Part shown: positions 29,246-41,243 of the stretch, piece by piece | Layout of the letters: every line of letters begins with the position of its first letter | Position numbering within the stretch: position 1 is the first letter of the stretch | Position numbers and translations under genes: made by a program | The notes under the pieces: generated by a model | Seen by the model: the letters and a program-made list of their open reading frames with translations, nothing else | Told to the model about the DNA's origin: nothing | The model's database searches: none | UHGV virus genome: UHGV-0176840 | Reading direction: 5' to 3' (one strand) | Source: a virus | Length of the DNA: 47,486 nt

Positions 29246-29749
29246 ATGGCACGCGGCGTAAATAAAGTAATTATTGTCGGCACTCTTGGTAACGACCCGG
29301 AAGTTAAATATTCTGCATCAGGCTCTGCAATTGCCAACCTTTCTGTTGCAACATCTGAGCAGTGGAAAGATAAGCAGACAGGAGAAAAGAAAGAACAGAC
29401 AGAGTGGCATCGCGTGGTCATCTTCGGGAAACTTGCGGAGGTAGCAGCAGAATACCTTCGCAAAGGTTCTCAGGTTTATATCGAAGGCCAGCTTCGTACT
29501 CGTAAGTGGACTGACAGCAACGGCGTAGACCGATATACCACTGAGATTGTTATTCCACAGATGGGCGGCGTTATGCAAATGCTTGGCGGAAAGCGCGATG
29601 ATGCTGGTCAGCAACCACGCCAGCCATCAGGCCAGCAACCTCAAGGTGGATGGGGAACAAATCCGCAACAACAGCAACCACCAAAACAACAAGGCCAACA
29701 AGGAGGAAATGAGCCTCCGATGGACTTCGACGACGACATTCCGTTCTGA
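29246..29749 (+). CDS. ssb: single-stranded DNA-binding protein
   Basis: OB-fold N-terminus [19 protein letters not shown], Gly/Gln-rich linker, C-terminal DFDDDIPF tip. Confidence 0.9.
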   Translation: MARGVNKVIIVGTLGNDPEVKYSASGSAIANLSVATSEQWKDKQTGEKKEQTEWHRVVIFGKLAEVAAEYLRKGSQVYIEGQLRTRKWTDSNGVDRYTTEIVIPQMGGVMQMLGGKRDDAGQQPRQPSGQQPQGGWGTNPQQQQPPKQQGQQGGNEPPMDFDDDIPF

Positions 29750-29760
29750 TGATAAAAATA

Positions 29761-29786
29761 ACCCCGCCGAAGCGGGGTTATTTTTA
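29761..29786 (+). terminator. bidirectional terminator between the ssb gene and the tail fiber gene
   Basis: ACCCCGCcgaaGCGGGGT flanked by AAAAATA / TATTTTT. Confidence 0.65.
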
Positions 29787-31838
29787 CATAACAAGCAAAT
29801 TAAAACCTAAATCAACCTGACCACCGGTATTATTAAAAGTTGAAACCGTAACTGAGTAATCAGACGATTTAACTACAGATGCATATCTACCAGAACCACC
29901 ATCAAACGTTACCGATACCACCGAAGAAGCTATGCTCCCGGTGAAATTTATAACATACACGCCTGTCCCGGTTTTTGATATTGATGCGACGTTTTGCATT
30001 GCTGTCCCGACCCCGGCGGCGTTAACTATGGCTTTAGCAACAGGCTGAGAAGGACCAATTCTTTGAACCTTTTCCATGCCAGAAAATGGAGACGAAAGAG
30101 AGTACTTATTACCTGAGTCATTCAATACAAGGTGGGAAACTCCAAATGTTGATGGAACGGCGAATTGAACGTTACGGTAAGCATTAGAGGCTGTTCCTGA
30201 GTTATAGAATCCATTGCCGTCCATATTGAGTATTGCTTGTAGACCTGCTGACATGTCAGAAAGATTTGACTGTACCAGTATTCTTGAGGATAACTCTGTA
30301 TCGGAGTTATGGTTAAAGACGCACGAAGATACGTTCATTATCTGATTGAAGTTTCTATTAACGTAGAAACTAATATCTTTCCCAGTGTTATTGTTTTCAA
30401 AGTAACAATTATCAAAATGGGCGGCAGTAGCTCCAGCGCCACCAATAAGCGCGAACTGTACGCAAGAGTTAAATGTAATTGGAGTGGAATTTGCATAAGA
30501 TTTACCGCCGTTTGCTTCGAACGTGCATGAGTCGATTTTCCATGCATGTGCATGTTGGTTCTCTATGCAAAATTCCGCGTTGTTCTGGAAATCGCATCGG
30601 TACAGTCCTACCGCATTAGGAGCTGTTAACTCTCCAAGTCGGCCTTGTATGGCTGTTTTGTTATAAGTAAATCGACAGTTATCAAACTTAAGGTACAAAG
30701 AATCTGTCAGCTTACATCCTATCTCAAAACCATCTATAAGCACGTTTCGCGCTGCCAGACGTATGCATTTGTTAAATAGAACCCCAAATCCAGACCAATC
30801 AGCCCTGTTCCCGCTTGAGTCCACTGATTTTATTGTCAGATTTTCCACCGGGAATGCTGAGAATGTAGATAAAGACCCATCAAAGTAAATTCCGTAATTT
30901 GACGATGACGTTGCGGTAGACAGGATGTTCACAACAGAAGACTTCTCATCTACCCCACGAATATACGCCACCTTTCCACCTACGCGTTGGTGCATAGGGA
31001 TGGAGACTGGGAATTTAAAATTGACGATATTCCCTGGAAATTTAAACCCAAGCGCGTTTTTCCCTGCGTATGCGATGGCCTTATTGAAATGTGGCGATAG
31101 ATCTATTGTGGTGGCAGGGGTGCCAGCCATGCCGTACATATCACCAGTAACTTCTGTAACATTGTAACGAACCCAACACCCAATCCCTGATGGGTCTGTT
31201 TCACCGACTCCGTTGACGTAATCAGCACTAGTCGCGTCTGATGTGTACGGAACAGTTGGTGATATTACGCACCCACCGTCATGATTGCTTTTTGGAATGC
31301 TGCTGTCGTAATAGAATACACCACCTCCATATTGTGAATCTTCGTACCACGAGGCAAGAAGCACTTTGTTTCCGTTTGACGCTATTAGATTTTGAAATTC
31401 AGAGACTGATTTAAGCTGACCAATTAACGAGAATCCTAAGTTTGATTTTAGTTCACCACGAAGAACCGCATCACCAACACTAACCCAAGCACCCAGACCG
31501 ACGCCACCAGATGTTTCAGGAGTTGAAGCGGCAGAAACAGTTTTAGGGAATGCACCATCCCAACGGTAATACTCACCAGTAGCTTCATAACGCAGCACCT
31601 GATTAGGTAGCGTCAATGTCGCTCCATCTTCAAAACTGTCCATTGTGATGTAGCCATAATTACGGATAGCTTCTTCTGCCGTATACTGAAATCCAGCAAT
31701 CGTCCATCTGCGCACCCCGAAGCGATCGGTGTAGTAGTGCGCATCAGAGTTGACAACTTCGTCAATTTTCCCGGCATTAAATTTCAGGTCGCGCGGTTCT
31801 TCTGACGGAATTGGTTTATTAGTTGGTACGGTAGCCAT
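29784..31838 (-). CDS. tail fiber/tailspike (probable beta-helix)
   Basis: 684 aa, last gene of tail block, repetitive N/G/S/T-rich beta-strand pattern. Confidence 0.6.
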   Translation of the reverse strand: MATVPTNKPIPSEEPRDLKFNAGKIDEVVNSDAHYYTDRFGVRRWTIAGFQYTAEEAIRNYGYITMDSFEDGATLTLPNQVLRYEATGEYYRWDGAFPKTVSAASTPETSGGVGLGAWVSVGDAVLRGELKSNLGFSLIGQLKSVSEFQNLIASNGNKVLLASWYEDSQYGGGVFYYDSSIPKSNHDGGCVISPTVPYTSDATSADYVNGVGETDPSGIGCWVRYNVTEVTGDMYGMAGTPATTIDLSPHFNKAIAYAGKNALGFKFPGNIVNFKFPVSIPMHQRVGGKVAYIRGVDEKSSVVNILSTATSSSNYGIYFDGSLSTFSAFPVENLTIKSVDSSGNRADWSGFGVLFNKCIRLAARNVLIDGFEIGCKLTDSLYLKFDNCRFTYNKTAIQGRLGELTAPNAVGLYRCDFQNNAEFCIENQHAHAWKIDSCTFEANGGKSYANSTPITFNSCVQFALIGGAGATAAHFDNCYFENNNTGKDISFYVNRNFNQIMNVSSCVFNHNSDTELSSRILVQSNLSDMSAGLQAILNMDGNGFYNSGTASNAYRNVQFAVPSTFGVSHLVLNDSGNKYSLSSPFSGMEKVQRIGPSQPVAKAIVNAAGVGTAMQNVASISKTGTGVYVINFTGSIASSVVSVTFDGGSGRYASVVKSSDYSVTVSTFNNTGGQVDLGFNLLVM

Positions 31839-34281
31839 TATAATAAATGCTCCTTTGTGGATTTGATGTATATTGTATCACGATGACGAGATGACATATT
31901 CGTACATGTCATCACTGTATTCACTCATTGTTAGCGTTGTTGTTCCATCACTGCCAGGATTCTTCTGACTGACAACCCATAGCGTGGTGTCCAGTTCCTT
32001 CTCCGTGCTCAGCACGTAACGAGATTCACTTTGAACATTAGTTCCGTCCCATATGTTTAGCTGAAAATCAGAAGGCATGTTGCAGGTGAATGTATGCAAT
32101 CCGGTTACCGTCGCTGGCAATCTGTCTGATACGCTGCCGTCAGAGCTGGTGATCACAACATAAAGATTATCATCAGCCGTTAGCTGCTCACTGGTTGTGA
32201 ATACGTTTCCGTTGCGCGATTCAATAACGCCAGTCTGCTGCACGTCATCGTACATGTCTACAACCTGAATCATGTCACCTACGTTAACCCACTCGCCATC
32301 TGCCAGCGCTTTAATTTCCATGCTGCGACGGGAGTAAATTAGCCTGCGACACTCAAGAATTGCACGATCAACAGCCTGATAGCGATTTCGAACATAAAGC
32401 ATATCGAATTTCTTGGCTTTCGTTGGTTCGCCTTCGACTATTCCGCTATCGGTAATTCGATAGTAAACGTTGGCCTGCTTATTCGTTGTTGGGTCGCGAT
32501 ATTCGACGTTAACGCCATCATAAGTACCGGGAAGGCTGATGTCGTAACTTAGCTTGTAACCGTCGCTCTGCGTATTTCTGGTGTTGAATACAGTTGCTGG
32601 ATATTCTCTCTTTTCATCACGCGAGAAGCTCATCACCCCGTCATCCCAGAATGCCGTGACACGAGCTGCATCGCAGATGGTCTGCAGGCGCTCACCGATG
32701 CTCTTATCCTCATCATCAAACGTGTAATCGAAATAACCAAGTCGCTCATCAGGCAGGCTATCGGCAATCTCATATAGCTTCACTATGTCGATGGTATTTT
32801 CTGGATTGCCAGCGGTAATAAGCCAGTTATGCAGAACAGCATCAGCAAAGCTACGGGAAGGTGCAAGCGTGTAGCGCACCGTGCCAGTATCACGGTTGTA
32901 TCCGATGGTATGGCGTGTTATTAATGCATTGTATTTCCTGTCACGGCTGCCTGTGGCGTTCTCGGTGGCGCGGACAATGACTTTAACTACCGTGTCATCT
33001 GGATACGAAACATTGTTACGAGTTACGATTGAATGCACTTCATCAAGCTGAATGATTGATTGCTGGGTGCTGTTATTGGTCCTTGTAAACTGGACTGCGT
33101 ATCTTGCATTCCCATATGATGGCGTTATTTTCCTTGTGTAATAGTAGGTATCTGCTCCGCCAGCCACAAAGGTATATGTGGTTGATTGGTATGAACCTGC
33201 AATCTGCACGTTATCATCATCCACCGCCCACCACTCAGCTTTGACAATAGCACCCTGATCTTCACCAAATTGAGCAACAAAGTGGAACCACAGCTGATCA
33301 CCTTCTATTGGTGAGAAATACGGACCTGAAACAAGAGGTTGGTTGTCAGTAAGGTTGAAGTAAGTGTTATTGATGGTTACGCCATTCAAAGATGATATTG
33401 GCGCGCCTGAGTAGTTAATGTTATTAATTATAAATGTGTACCAGTAATCAACGGGTGGAATATTTCCATCATCTGTTTCTGATGCTGACACAAGACTACC
33501 TGACAAGGTGACGTTTTCAGTGACCGACGCGCCGCCTCCAAGCGCGTAAGTGATGTTTAGTTTGAAAACCACATCATGAGGCATGACCAGATCAACAAAG
33601 TAATCGAAAGCAGAATTTTTTGGTATTTTTACAGCTATTTGTCCGCCAGCAAAGTCAGTGCTGGTCACCGATGTTGTTGTGGCTGACTCAATGACAACAG
33701 AGTTAGTGTCGTTTGGCCCATACAGTTCCTGACCGTCAACGTCATCAAATGCGTAAGGTTCAAGAACTACCGGAATAACTTCTCCAGGCTGATAAATGGT
33801 GTAACTCGCACCAGCCAGAGAGCCGAGGTTTGACTCAGAATAGCGCACGGAAGATACATCATATTTTCCTAGTCCGAAGTTCATGAACTCGGTGACATAT
33901 TTAATATTGTTGATGTATTCGAACAATGATTCCTGAAGCAAATCAGGAAACGCACGAATCTGTCCGAAGTTATCAGGACGCGCCTCACCATTGCGCGCAA
34001 TATTCGTTTGCGCTTTAAGGCTAGTGTTTGGTGATGTTTTTGAGCTGGTATCCGTTTTTGGCGTGGATACTTTCGGCGTAAGAAATGAGAAAATCTTCGT
34101 TACTGGCTTTAATATCGAACCGATAAGGTCGCCAATTGCGCCGGATGGCTGACAATAAACGTTGACAACGTCGCCATCTCGCAGGCAGAAAGAGAGTTCA
34201 TCATCTTCACCGAGCATTCTGCCATTTACCGCAATTGAAATGCTGGCAGGAAGATTTGATTTATTCAGCCACTTCCACAGG

Positions 34282-35715
<1,434 letters not shown>

Positions 35716-35739
35716 TCATAAGTGCAGCTAGTCCGGCCA

Positions 35740-35770
35740 GATGAAAAGCGATTGGTTATCGCCTGCTGCA
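35740..35770 (+). promoter_or_regulatory. extended -10 promoter for the T5orf172 endonuclease gene
   Basis: TGGTACAAT upstream of the SD/ATG at 35803. Confidence 0.35.
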
Positions 35771-35802
35771 TCACTTCAAACCACCTTTAACCGAGGATTC
35801 AA

Positions 35803-36679
35803 TATGAGTAAGCGATTAACTACTGAAGAATTCATCCGTCGTGCAAGACTTATGCACGGTGACAAATATGATTACTCAAAATCTGTTTATTTTGACGCTA
35901 AAACAAAATTAACAATAATTTGCAGGGAGCATGGGGAGTTTAGACAAAGGCCTGATGCACATTTAGTTGGAGGGTGCAGGTTGTGTGGGCGTGAATCAAG
36001 AAAAATCAAACTGCACTCTCTGATTGAGAGGTTTAATGAAATTCATGAATGTAAATATGATTATTCCCTGGTTGAAGGTGAGGTATCTTCAGAAAATATC
36101 AAGATAATATGCAGAGAACATGGCGTATTCACTCAAAGAAGAAGTCATCATATGGCAGGGGCAGGATGTCCATCATGCAGCAAGAACAGGAAGTTAACGT
36201 TTGATATTTTTGTGAGAAAATCAAATATAGTTCACTCGTTCGCTTATCAATATGATGCTGATTCATTCGTTAATTCTAGGGTTAAGGTTAAAATAATATG
36301 CCGTAAGCATGGGGAATTTTTGCAATTCACTTCCGATCATATGTCTGGAAAGGGATGCCCTGAATGCGCTGATTATGGGTTTAAGAGGACAAACAAAACG
36401 GCATATGTTTACTTTCTTGTTTCCGTATCAGCTGGGGCGGTAAAGATTGGTGTAACTCATAATAAAGCAGAGAGGATAAGGAAATTAACCAGAGATACGC
36501 CATTTCAATTCGATATCATCAAGATAATAAAAACAAATGGCATGACTGCCGCAAGCATAGAATCAAGATTTCACAATGAATTCCAGAGAGCTGGATTTTC
36601 TGGGTTTGATGGGTGTACGGAATGGGTAATAAAAACACCAAGGTTGATGCTGGAGATAGAAAAGCTAACCCCGCAATAG
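35803..36679 (+). CDS. free-standing homing endonuclease, T5orf172/GIY-YIG-like
   Basis: C-terminal AYVYFLVSVSAGAVKIGVTHNKAERIRKL (T5orf172 signature); three N-terminal repeats of the EEFI..A...HGDKYDYS...CREHGxF module; GAGGA SD at ATG 35803; own extended -10 promoter and terminator. Confidence 0.6.
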
Positions 36680-36695
36680 CGGGGCTTCTTTTTAC
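36669..36695 (+). terminator. terminator after the homing endonuclease gene / tape measure gene (bidirectional)
   Basis: CCCCGCaataGCGGGG + CTTCTTTTT. Confidence 0.55.
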
Positions 36696-39064
36696 TCTGT
36701 TGCTCTCCTGTTGGTATTAAAGTTTCTTGAGATAGATTGACTCATTGGTCCGCCTTCATTCATATCGGATATAAATGTCTCAATAGTTATCGAACCATCA
36801 CCGTTATCAGTGGCTCTGCTTGTTGCGCTAGCATTGCTTGAATTATTGTAAACATTATTATAGACCACAACTCCGCCACCTCCACCGGAAATGTCCTTAT
36901 TGCTGATAACCTTTCCTGAGTTGCCAGGTATCATGTATTGCCTGCCTGTGCTCGCCTGGAATATTTCTGGTGCGTTTCCCTCGCCCACTTCGTACATACT
37001 TCCGGCGCTAACAGGGCCACCATTTTTTCGCTTGCCAGCGATACCCATTGCCAGTGCCCCGAGAACAGCCCCTACACCAATTGCAGCCGCACCGCCGAAT
37101 GAACCGATTGATGCCACGATTGCCGCTGGTGTCCATGCTGCGGTAGTGGTGGCTGCCGCCGCCGTCGATGCTGCTGTTGTGGTTGCCAATCCTGCCGTTT
37201 GCGCCGCCGTTGTGGTTGCCGTAGCAGCAACCTGCGCAGTTTGCCCCATAACAGCAGATTTAACCCACTGAACGCCCATTTCAACAAAGCTGTTTACCAG
37301 AGAGTTAAGTACCGTAGAGCCGAGGCTGCGCATAGCATCCTGAACGCTCATTGTGCCTGTCAGTAATCCAGTGATGCTGTTTGATGCTGTGCTCATCGCT
37401 GAATCAAGCGCCGTGCCGAACAGTTGCGCGCCGAGGCTTTGTTGCTGCCACTCAGCCCACATGGCGTCCATTCGCTGCTGGCGATATTGTGCTTCTATTG
37501 CCGCGCGAGTCTGCTCAATCTCTGTGATTTTTTGCGGATATGCTGCGGCGTAGGCGTCAAGGTCAGCCATACGTTGCTGGTATTCACTATCAATGCCAGA
37601 TGTTGGCGACGCAATGGCGCGCAACCCCTGATATGATTTTTCTATGCGCTGTTTTTCCTTCTCCGCTGCTGCCTGCTCCTTCAGCGCATTCTTCTGGTCC
37701 CAAATCTTCGCAGCGTACTCACCAGCCAGTTTTATTTGCTCCTGAGTGGCAGCTTTGCCAAGCGATTGCTGCGCATTGAGGATGGCTTGTTCGCGGGATA
37801 GTTCGCTGGTAGATGTGGCATTGAGCATGGTTTGCTGGCGTAGTTTCTCCAGCTTTTCAGCTACTGACTCAGCTTGCCGCTCTTCGGCGCTTTTGCCTTT
37901 TTTCTTTTTGTCTTTCTCAGCCGTTTTCGGCACTGTTAAATGCGCCTGAGCTTTTGCTGCTTCTCCTGTTGACTTCGTTACAGCATCCATGTCTGATACC
38001 AAAGTTGCAGCCTGATTTGCTACCGCCGCTATCGCCTGATTTTGTGCCGCCCATCCGTCAATGCCAACCCATGACCAAGTTCTCGCCCTGCGACTGAACA
38101 TTTCGGCAGTTGACGTCAAATCAGAAATAACCTCTGCCGCACTTACAGTTTGACCAGTTAGTCTGTTGATTGCTGAGGTAATAGAGTCAATAACTGAAAC
38201 AAATGCAGAACTAGCTCCTGTTGCGTCGTTTATGCTTGCTATCATTTTTGCAAATGATGTTTCAAGACTACCAGTCGCCTGAGATATAGAGCGCGGTAGC
38301 TTTGCGAACTCGGCATTGATGACGCTTGTCCTGTCCTGAATTGCATTCAGCGCATCCTCTGCCGTCAGCTTGCCGTCAAGCATTCTGGCGCGAAGTTCAC
38401 CCATTGAAATACCAAGACCAGCGGCTATCTGGCGTGCAAGTTCAGGCATCTGCTCAAGGATAGAGTTGAACTCTTCTGCGCGGATTGTGCCAGATGCGAT
38501 TGACTGACCGAACTGGCGCAGTGCGTTAGCCATTTCCTCAGTTGATGACCCGCCAATTCGACCTATTTTTTGCAGGGTATCGGTAAGGTTAAGAACCTGC
38601 GCATTTGTCGCACCAGCCTCTTTCAGTGATGACGTCAATGTTTCCCACAGCTTCGTGGTGTCGCTGAGACTTGCGCCAGTGGTTGAGGCGATATTTGCCA
38701 GTGAACTGAATGTTTCGTTAGCGGTTTTTGCGTCAGTTGATAAGCGAGCAATCCTTGCCTGAAGTTGAGTCATGTTATCGGCAACCTCAAGGAATCGCTT
38801 GCCCCATTCGATAATCAGTGACACGGATATTGCGCCAGCCAGCATCGACATGCTGGTTTTTAGCCCCGAAGCTGCGCCGCCAGCATTCTTCATCCCACTA
38901 CCAGCATTTCTGGCGTTTTTATCCAGCTTTCCAAGAGCGCTTGTGGTTTTGTTGGTTGATGATTCAAGGTCACCTAAAGTCTTATTGGCTGTTGTCGCGC
39001 CAGCTTTCAGGCCTTTAACATCCATCCCGACTTCATAGACAATTCCGCCGACTTCTTCAGCCAT
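36692..39064 (-). CDS. tape measure protein
   Basis: 790 aa, Ala/Gln-rich coiled coils, C-terminal Gly/Ala-rich hydrophobic stretch; sits between chaperone and distal tail genes. Confidence 0.8.
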   Translation of the reverse strand: MAEEVGGIVYEVGMDVKGLKAGATTANKTLGDLESSTNKTTSALGKLDKNARNAGSGMKNAGGAASGLKTSMSMLAGAISVSLIIEWGKRFLEVADNMTQLQARIARLSTDAKTANETFSSLANIASTTGASLSDTTKLWETLTSSLKEAGATNAQVLNLTDTLQKIGRIGGSSTEEMANALRQFGQSIASGTIRAEEFNSILEQMPELARQIAAGLGISMGELRARMLDGKLTAEDALNAIQDRTSVINAEFAKLPRSISQATGSLETSFAKMIASINDATGASSAFVSVIDSITSAINRLTGQTVSAAEVISDLTSTAEMFSRRARTWSWVGIDGWAAQNQAIAAVANQAATLVSDMDAVTKSTGEAAKAQAHLTVPKTAEKDKKKKGKSAEERQAESVAEKLEKLRQQTMLNATSTSELSREQAILNAQQSLGKAATQEQIKLAGEYAAKIWDQKNALKEQAAAEKEKQRIEKSYQGLRAIASPTSGIDSEYQQRMADLDAYAAAYPQKITEIEQTRAAIEAQYRQQRMDAMWAEWQQQSLGAQLFGTALDSAMSTASNSITGLLTGTMSVQDAMRSLGSTVLNSLVNSFVEMGVQWVKSAVMGQTAQVAATATTTAAQTAGLATTTAASTAAAATTTAAWTPAAIVASIGSFGGAAAIGVGAVLGALAMGIAGKRKNGGPVSAGSMYEVGEGNAPEIFQASTGRQYMIPGNSGKVISNKDISGGGGGVVVYNNVYNNSSNASATSRATDNGDGSITIETFISDMNEGGPMSQSISRNFNTNRRATE

Positions 39065-39780
39065 TATGTATTCCTCGCTTTTTTCGCTTTGCGTTCAGCC
39101 AGTGCCTTCATGCGCTCGCGGTCTGCTTTGGCCTGATCGTACTCTGCCGCGCGCTCTTCTTTCGTTAACCCTTTCGGCTCTGGATATTTATTCTTAATCA
39201 TCATCTGAAACTCTGTCATGGACAGGTTTTCGGCCTCATCACGCGTCATGTCGAAATGCGTGCGCGCTGAAATGATGTATTGCGACGCATGAAACTCGTT
39301 TGTGGTTTTCTTACCTTGTTCTTCCAGACGCTCAGGCACTTTGAGGGGCGACTTGCCGATGATGCCATGCTGCATCAGGTTGCGCGCAATAATAATAATG
39401 TCGTTCACTGGCATGATGCCAGGGATATATCGCACGCCGCGCGGAGTTGGCTTCCAACCGCCAATCAATACAGAAATATCATCTTCACAGCATGACTGCA
39501 TGACAATATAGGCCGCACTCAGTACGTGCCGACCATACACAGGTTTGCTGATGGTTTTCATAACCTGCATCTGCGCGCCAAATGGTAAGTACTCAACGTG
39601 CTGCAATGGCGCAACATAATCAATGCCATTCAGCTTAGCGTACACCTCGACGATTTCTTTTGGTGTGCCGATTTCATTCATGGCGCGGAATGATGGCTTA
39701 AAGAAAAAACTCCTGTCGGAAAGCGAGATGCGCATCTCTCCGATTTCTGTTAGTGGCGTGCGATTGCTCATGTTTTGCAT
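39064..39780 (-). CDS. tail assembly chaperone (G/GT-like, putative)
   Basis: Position between the major tail and tape measure genes; 4-nt overlap with the tape measure gene. Confidence 0.5.
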   Translation of the reverse strand: MQNMSNRTPLTEIGEMRISLSDRSFFFKPSFRAMNEIGTPKEIVEVYAKLNGIDYVAPLQHVEYLPFGAQMQVMKTISKPVYGRHVLSAAYIVMQSCCEDDISVLIGGWKPTPRGVRYIPGIMPVNDIIIIARNLMQHGIIGKSPLKVPERLEEQGKKTTNEFHASQYIISARTHFDMTRDEAENLSMTEFQMMIKNKYPEPKGLTKEERAAEYDQAKADRERMKALAERKAKKARNT

Positions 39781-39820
39781 CCTGAATTTGACTGATGTTG
39801 ATTATATCATCTCAGTAGTG

Positions 39821-39849
39821 TTGACACCTGCTAGGTGGTGATGTAGATT
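39821..39849 (+). promoter_or_regulatory. promoter (perfect -35) for the Imm moron
   Basis: TTGACA 39821-39826, 17-nt spacer ending GGTGATG, TAGATT 39844-39849. Confidence 0.55.
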
Positions 39850-39884
39850 CAAGTCATCGAAACGAGATGCGAACGAGGTGAGTT

Positions 39885-40079
39885 ATGGACGTTGTTATTT
39901 TGTTGCTTTTTGCTGGATTGGTTATATTTGTTTATCTTCTCCCAACATTTGTGGCATTGCAAAGAAAGCACACAAATACGACCGCAATCTGTGTATTGAA
40001 TATTCTTGTCGGATGGAGCTTTATTGGATGGGTTGCAGCACTTGTCTGGGCATTGGTTAACAGTGGCGACAAAAAATGA
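39885..40079 (+). CDS. Imm-family superinfection immunity membrane protein
   Basis: YLLPTFVALQRKHTNTTAICVLNILVGWSFIGWVAALVWAL matches the Imm_superinfect signature (Y.LP..IA..R.H.N..AI..LN..LGW..IGW..AL.WAL). Confidence 0.6.
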   Translation: MDVVILLLFAGLVIFVYLLPTFVALQRKHTNTTAICVLNILVGWSFIGWVAALVWALVNSGDKK

Positions 40080-40219
40080 ACGAGCAAACAAAAGCTGACC
40101 TGATTTTCTACACTGATTTGTATGTTGATGCGGGTTATGATTATGAAGAAGCAGAGCGCATGGCGAAAGACTTGCTTCGTGTGATTGGTGTGATTTTTGA
40201 TGAGGATAAGGTGATATGA
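40076..40219 (+). CDS. small acidic protein (47 aa)
   Basis: Not in ORF track; ATGA overlaps at both ends. Confidence 0.3.
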   Translation: MNEQTKADLIFYTDLYVDAGYDYEEAERMAKDLLRVIGVIFDEDKVI

Positions 40220-40410
40220 GCCAGTGGATTAAGTGTAGTGAGCGAATGCCTAATGATGGACAGGAAGTCATCGTAATGGATGTAAACCGTAACCGTGTTC
40301 AATCAGGAATTGTTTACGCTTATGGGCGCTTTGTTGATTTCAATGAAGAATATTACGAGGTTCATAACCCTTCTCACTGGATGCCACTACCACAACCACC
40401 ACAAGAATAA
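40216..40410 (+). CDS. DUF551 protein
   Basis: MSQWIKCSERMPNDGQEV...HWMPLPQPPQ typical DUF551 termini. Confidence 0.55.
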   Translation: MSQWIKCSERMPNDGQEVIVMDVNRNRVQSGIVYAYGRFVDFNEEYYEVHNPSHWMPLPQPPQE

Positions 40411-40415
40411 AACAA

Positions 40416-40436
40416 AGCCCCTTTCGGGGCTTTTTC
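40416..40436 (+). terminator. bidirectional terminator after the Imm moron / major tail gene
   Basis: GCCCCtttcGGGGC + TTTTTCTTT. Confidence 0.6.
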
Positions 40437-40440
40437 TTTA

Positions 40441-41157
40441 TCAGGATACAGTGCAAGCTGTGCTGATAATAATTTCCGGGTCAGTAGATGAGTCAGTCAC
40501 CGTTACGGTATACACACCAGCGGTTGGACTTGCCAGAGACGCGCCAGATTCACCACTAACTACCGCGCCATCTTTGCGCCACACGTAGGTGTAAGGAGCA
40601 ACACCACCTTCAACGGCAACAGTTAACGGGCTGCCAGCAGTGCCAGTTGATTGCAGGTCTGTAGTGAATGCCAGAGGTTCAAGGCTTTCTACGGTAACAC
40701 TGTCAGAATCGTAAACCTTAAACTCAAGGCTGCCGGTTACGATGTCGTTCGTGCCACCTTCGTAGCTGATGCTGGTGATGTTGCAATAGGCGGTAACGAT
40801 AGTCGCACCAGTCACCTGACGCACCCACAAGGAAGGCTGACGACGAGCTTTCAGTTCAGTGGCGTAAATCTCAACCAGACGATGGAAGCCAAACTCATCG
40901 CTTGGGTCATTCTTGCGGATTTCAACCTCAGCACTGATGGTCATATCAGAGCTGGTAACGAGAGTGGAAACAAAACCGCCAGCGGTATCCGCTTCCGACG
41001 TAGTGGTCTGCGGCGAGTAGTCAACGCCTTTACTGGTGGTTGAGCCTAAATACTTCCAGTCTCCCGCCTCTGGAACTGCGTCGCCGCACCCTTCAGCAAG
41101 GAACAGGCGGGTCATGCGACCGACCAGAACGCCTTTATCATTTGCACAAATAGCCAT
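40441..41157 (-). CDS. major tail protein with C-terminal Ig-like domain
   Basis: Position upstream of the chaperone and tape measure genes; C-terminal ~90 aa Big_2-like (PYTYVWRKDG...GVYTVTVTD). Confidence 0.6.
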   Translation of the reverse strand: MAICANDKGVLVGRMTRLFLAEGCGDAVPEAGDWKYLGSTTSKGVDYSPQTTTSEADTAGGFVSTLVTSSDMTISAEVEIRKNDPSDEFGFHRLVEIYATELKARRQPSLWVRQVTGATIVTAYCNITSISYEGGTNDIVTGSLEFKVYDSDSVTVESLEPLAFTTDLQSTGTAGSPLTVAVEGGVAPYTYVWRKDGAVVSGESGASLASPTAGVYTVTVTDSSTDPEIIISTACTVS

Positions 41158-41208
41158 TTCGATCTCCGAATTGTGTTAGCTGCTAACGTGGTGATTATAT
41201 CACAGGTG

Positions 41209-41237
41209 TTGACAGTGATTATTTTGTGGTGTAGATT
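41209..41237 (+). promoter_or_regulatory. promoter (perfect -35) for the ncRNA locus
   Basis: TTGACA 41209-41214, 17-nt spacer ending GTGGTG, TAGATT 41232-41237; small palindromes GTTAGCtgCTAAC (41174-41186) and GTGATtatATCAC (41190-41202) upstream. Confidence 0.5.
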
Positions 41238-41243
41238 AAAGTC

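Noticed and set aside
36891-38000. Plus-strand Ala/Pro/Arg-rich ORFs (36891..37271, 37072..37287, 37353..37949) inside the tape measure gene
   Set aside because: They are antisense shadow ORFs created by the GC-rich repetitive tape measure coding sequence and have no translation signals.
39064-39780. Programmed -1 frameshift (G/GT-type) in the tail assembly chaperone gene
   Set aside because: I looked for a slippery heptamer and an overlapping downstream frame. The gene abuts the tape measure gene with a 4-nt overlap, and no extended alternative frame was evident.
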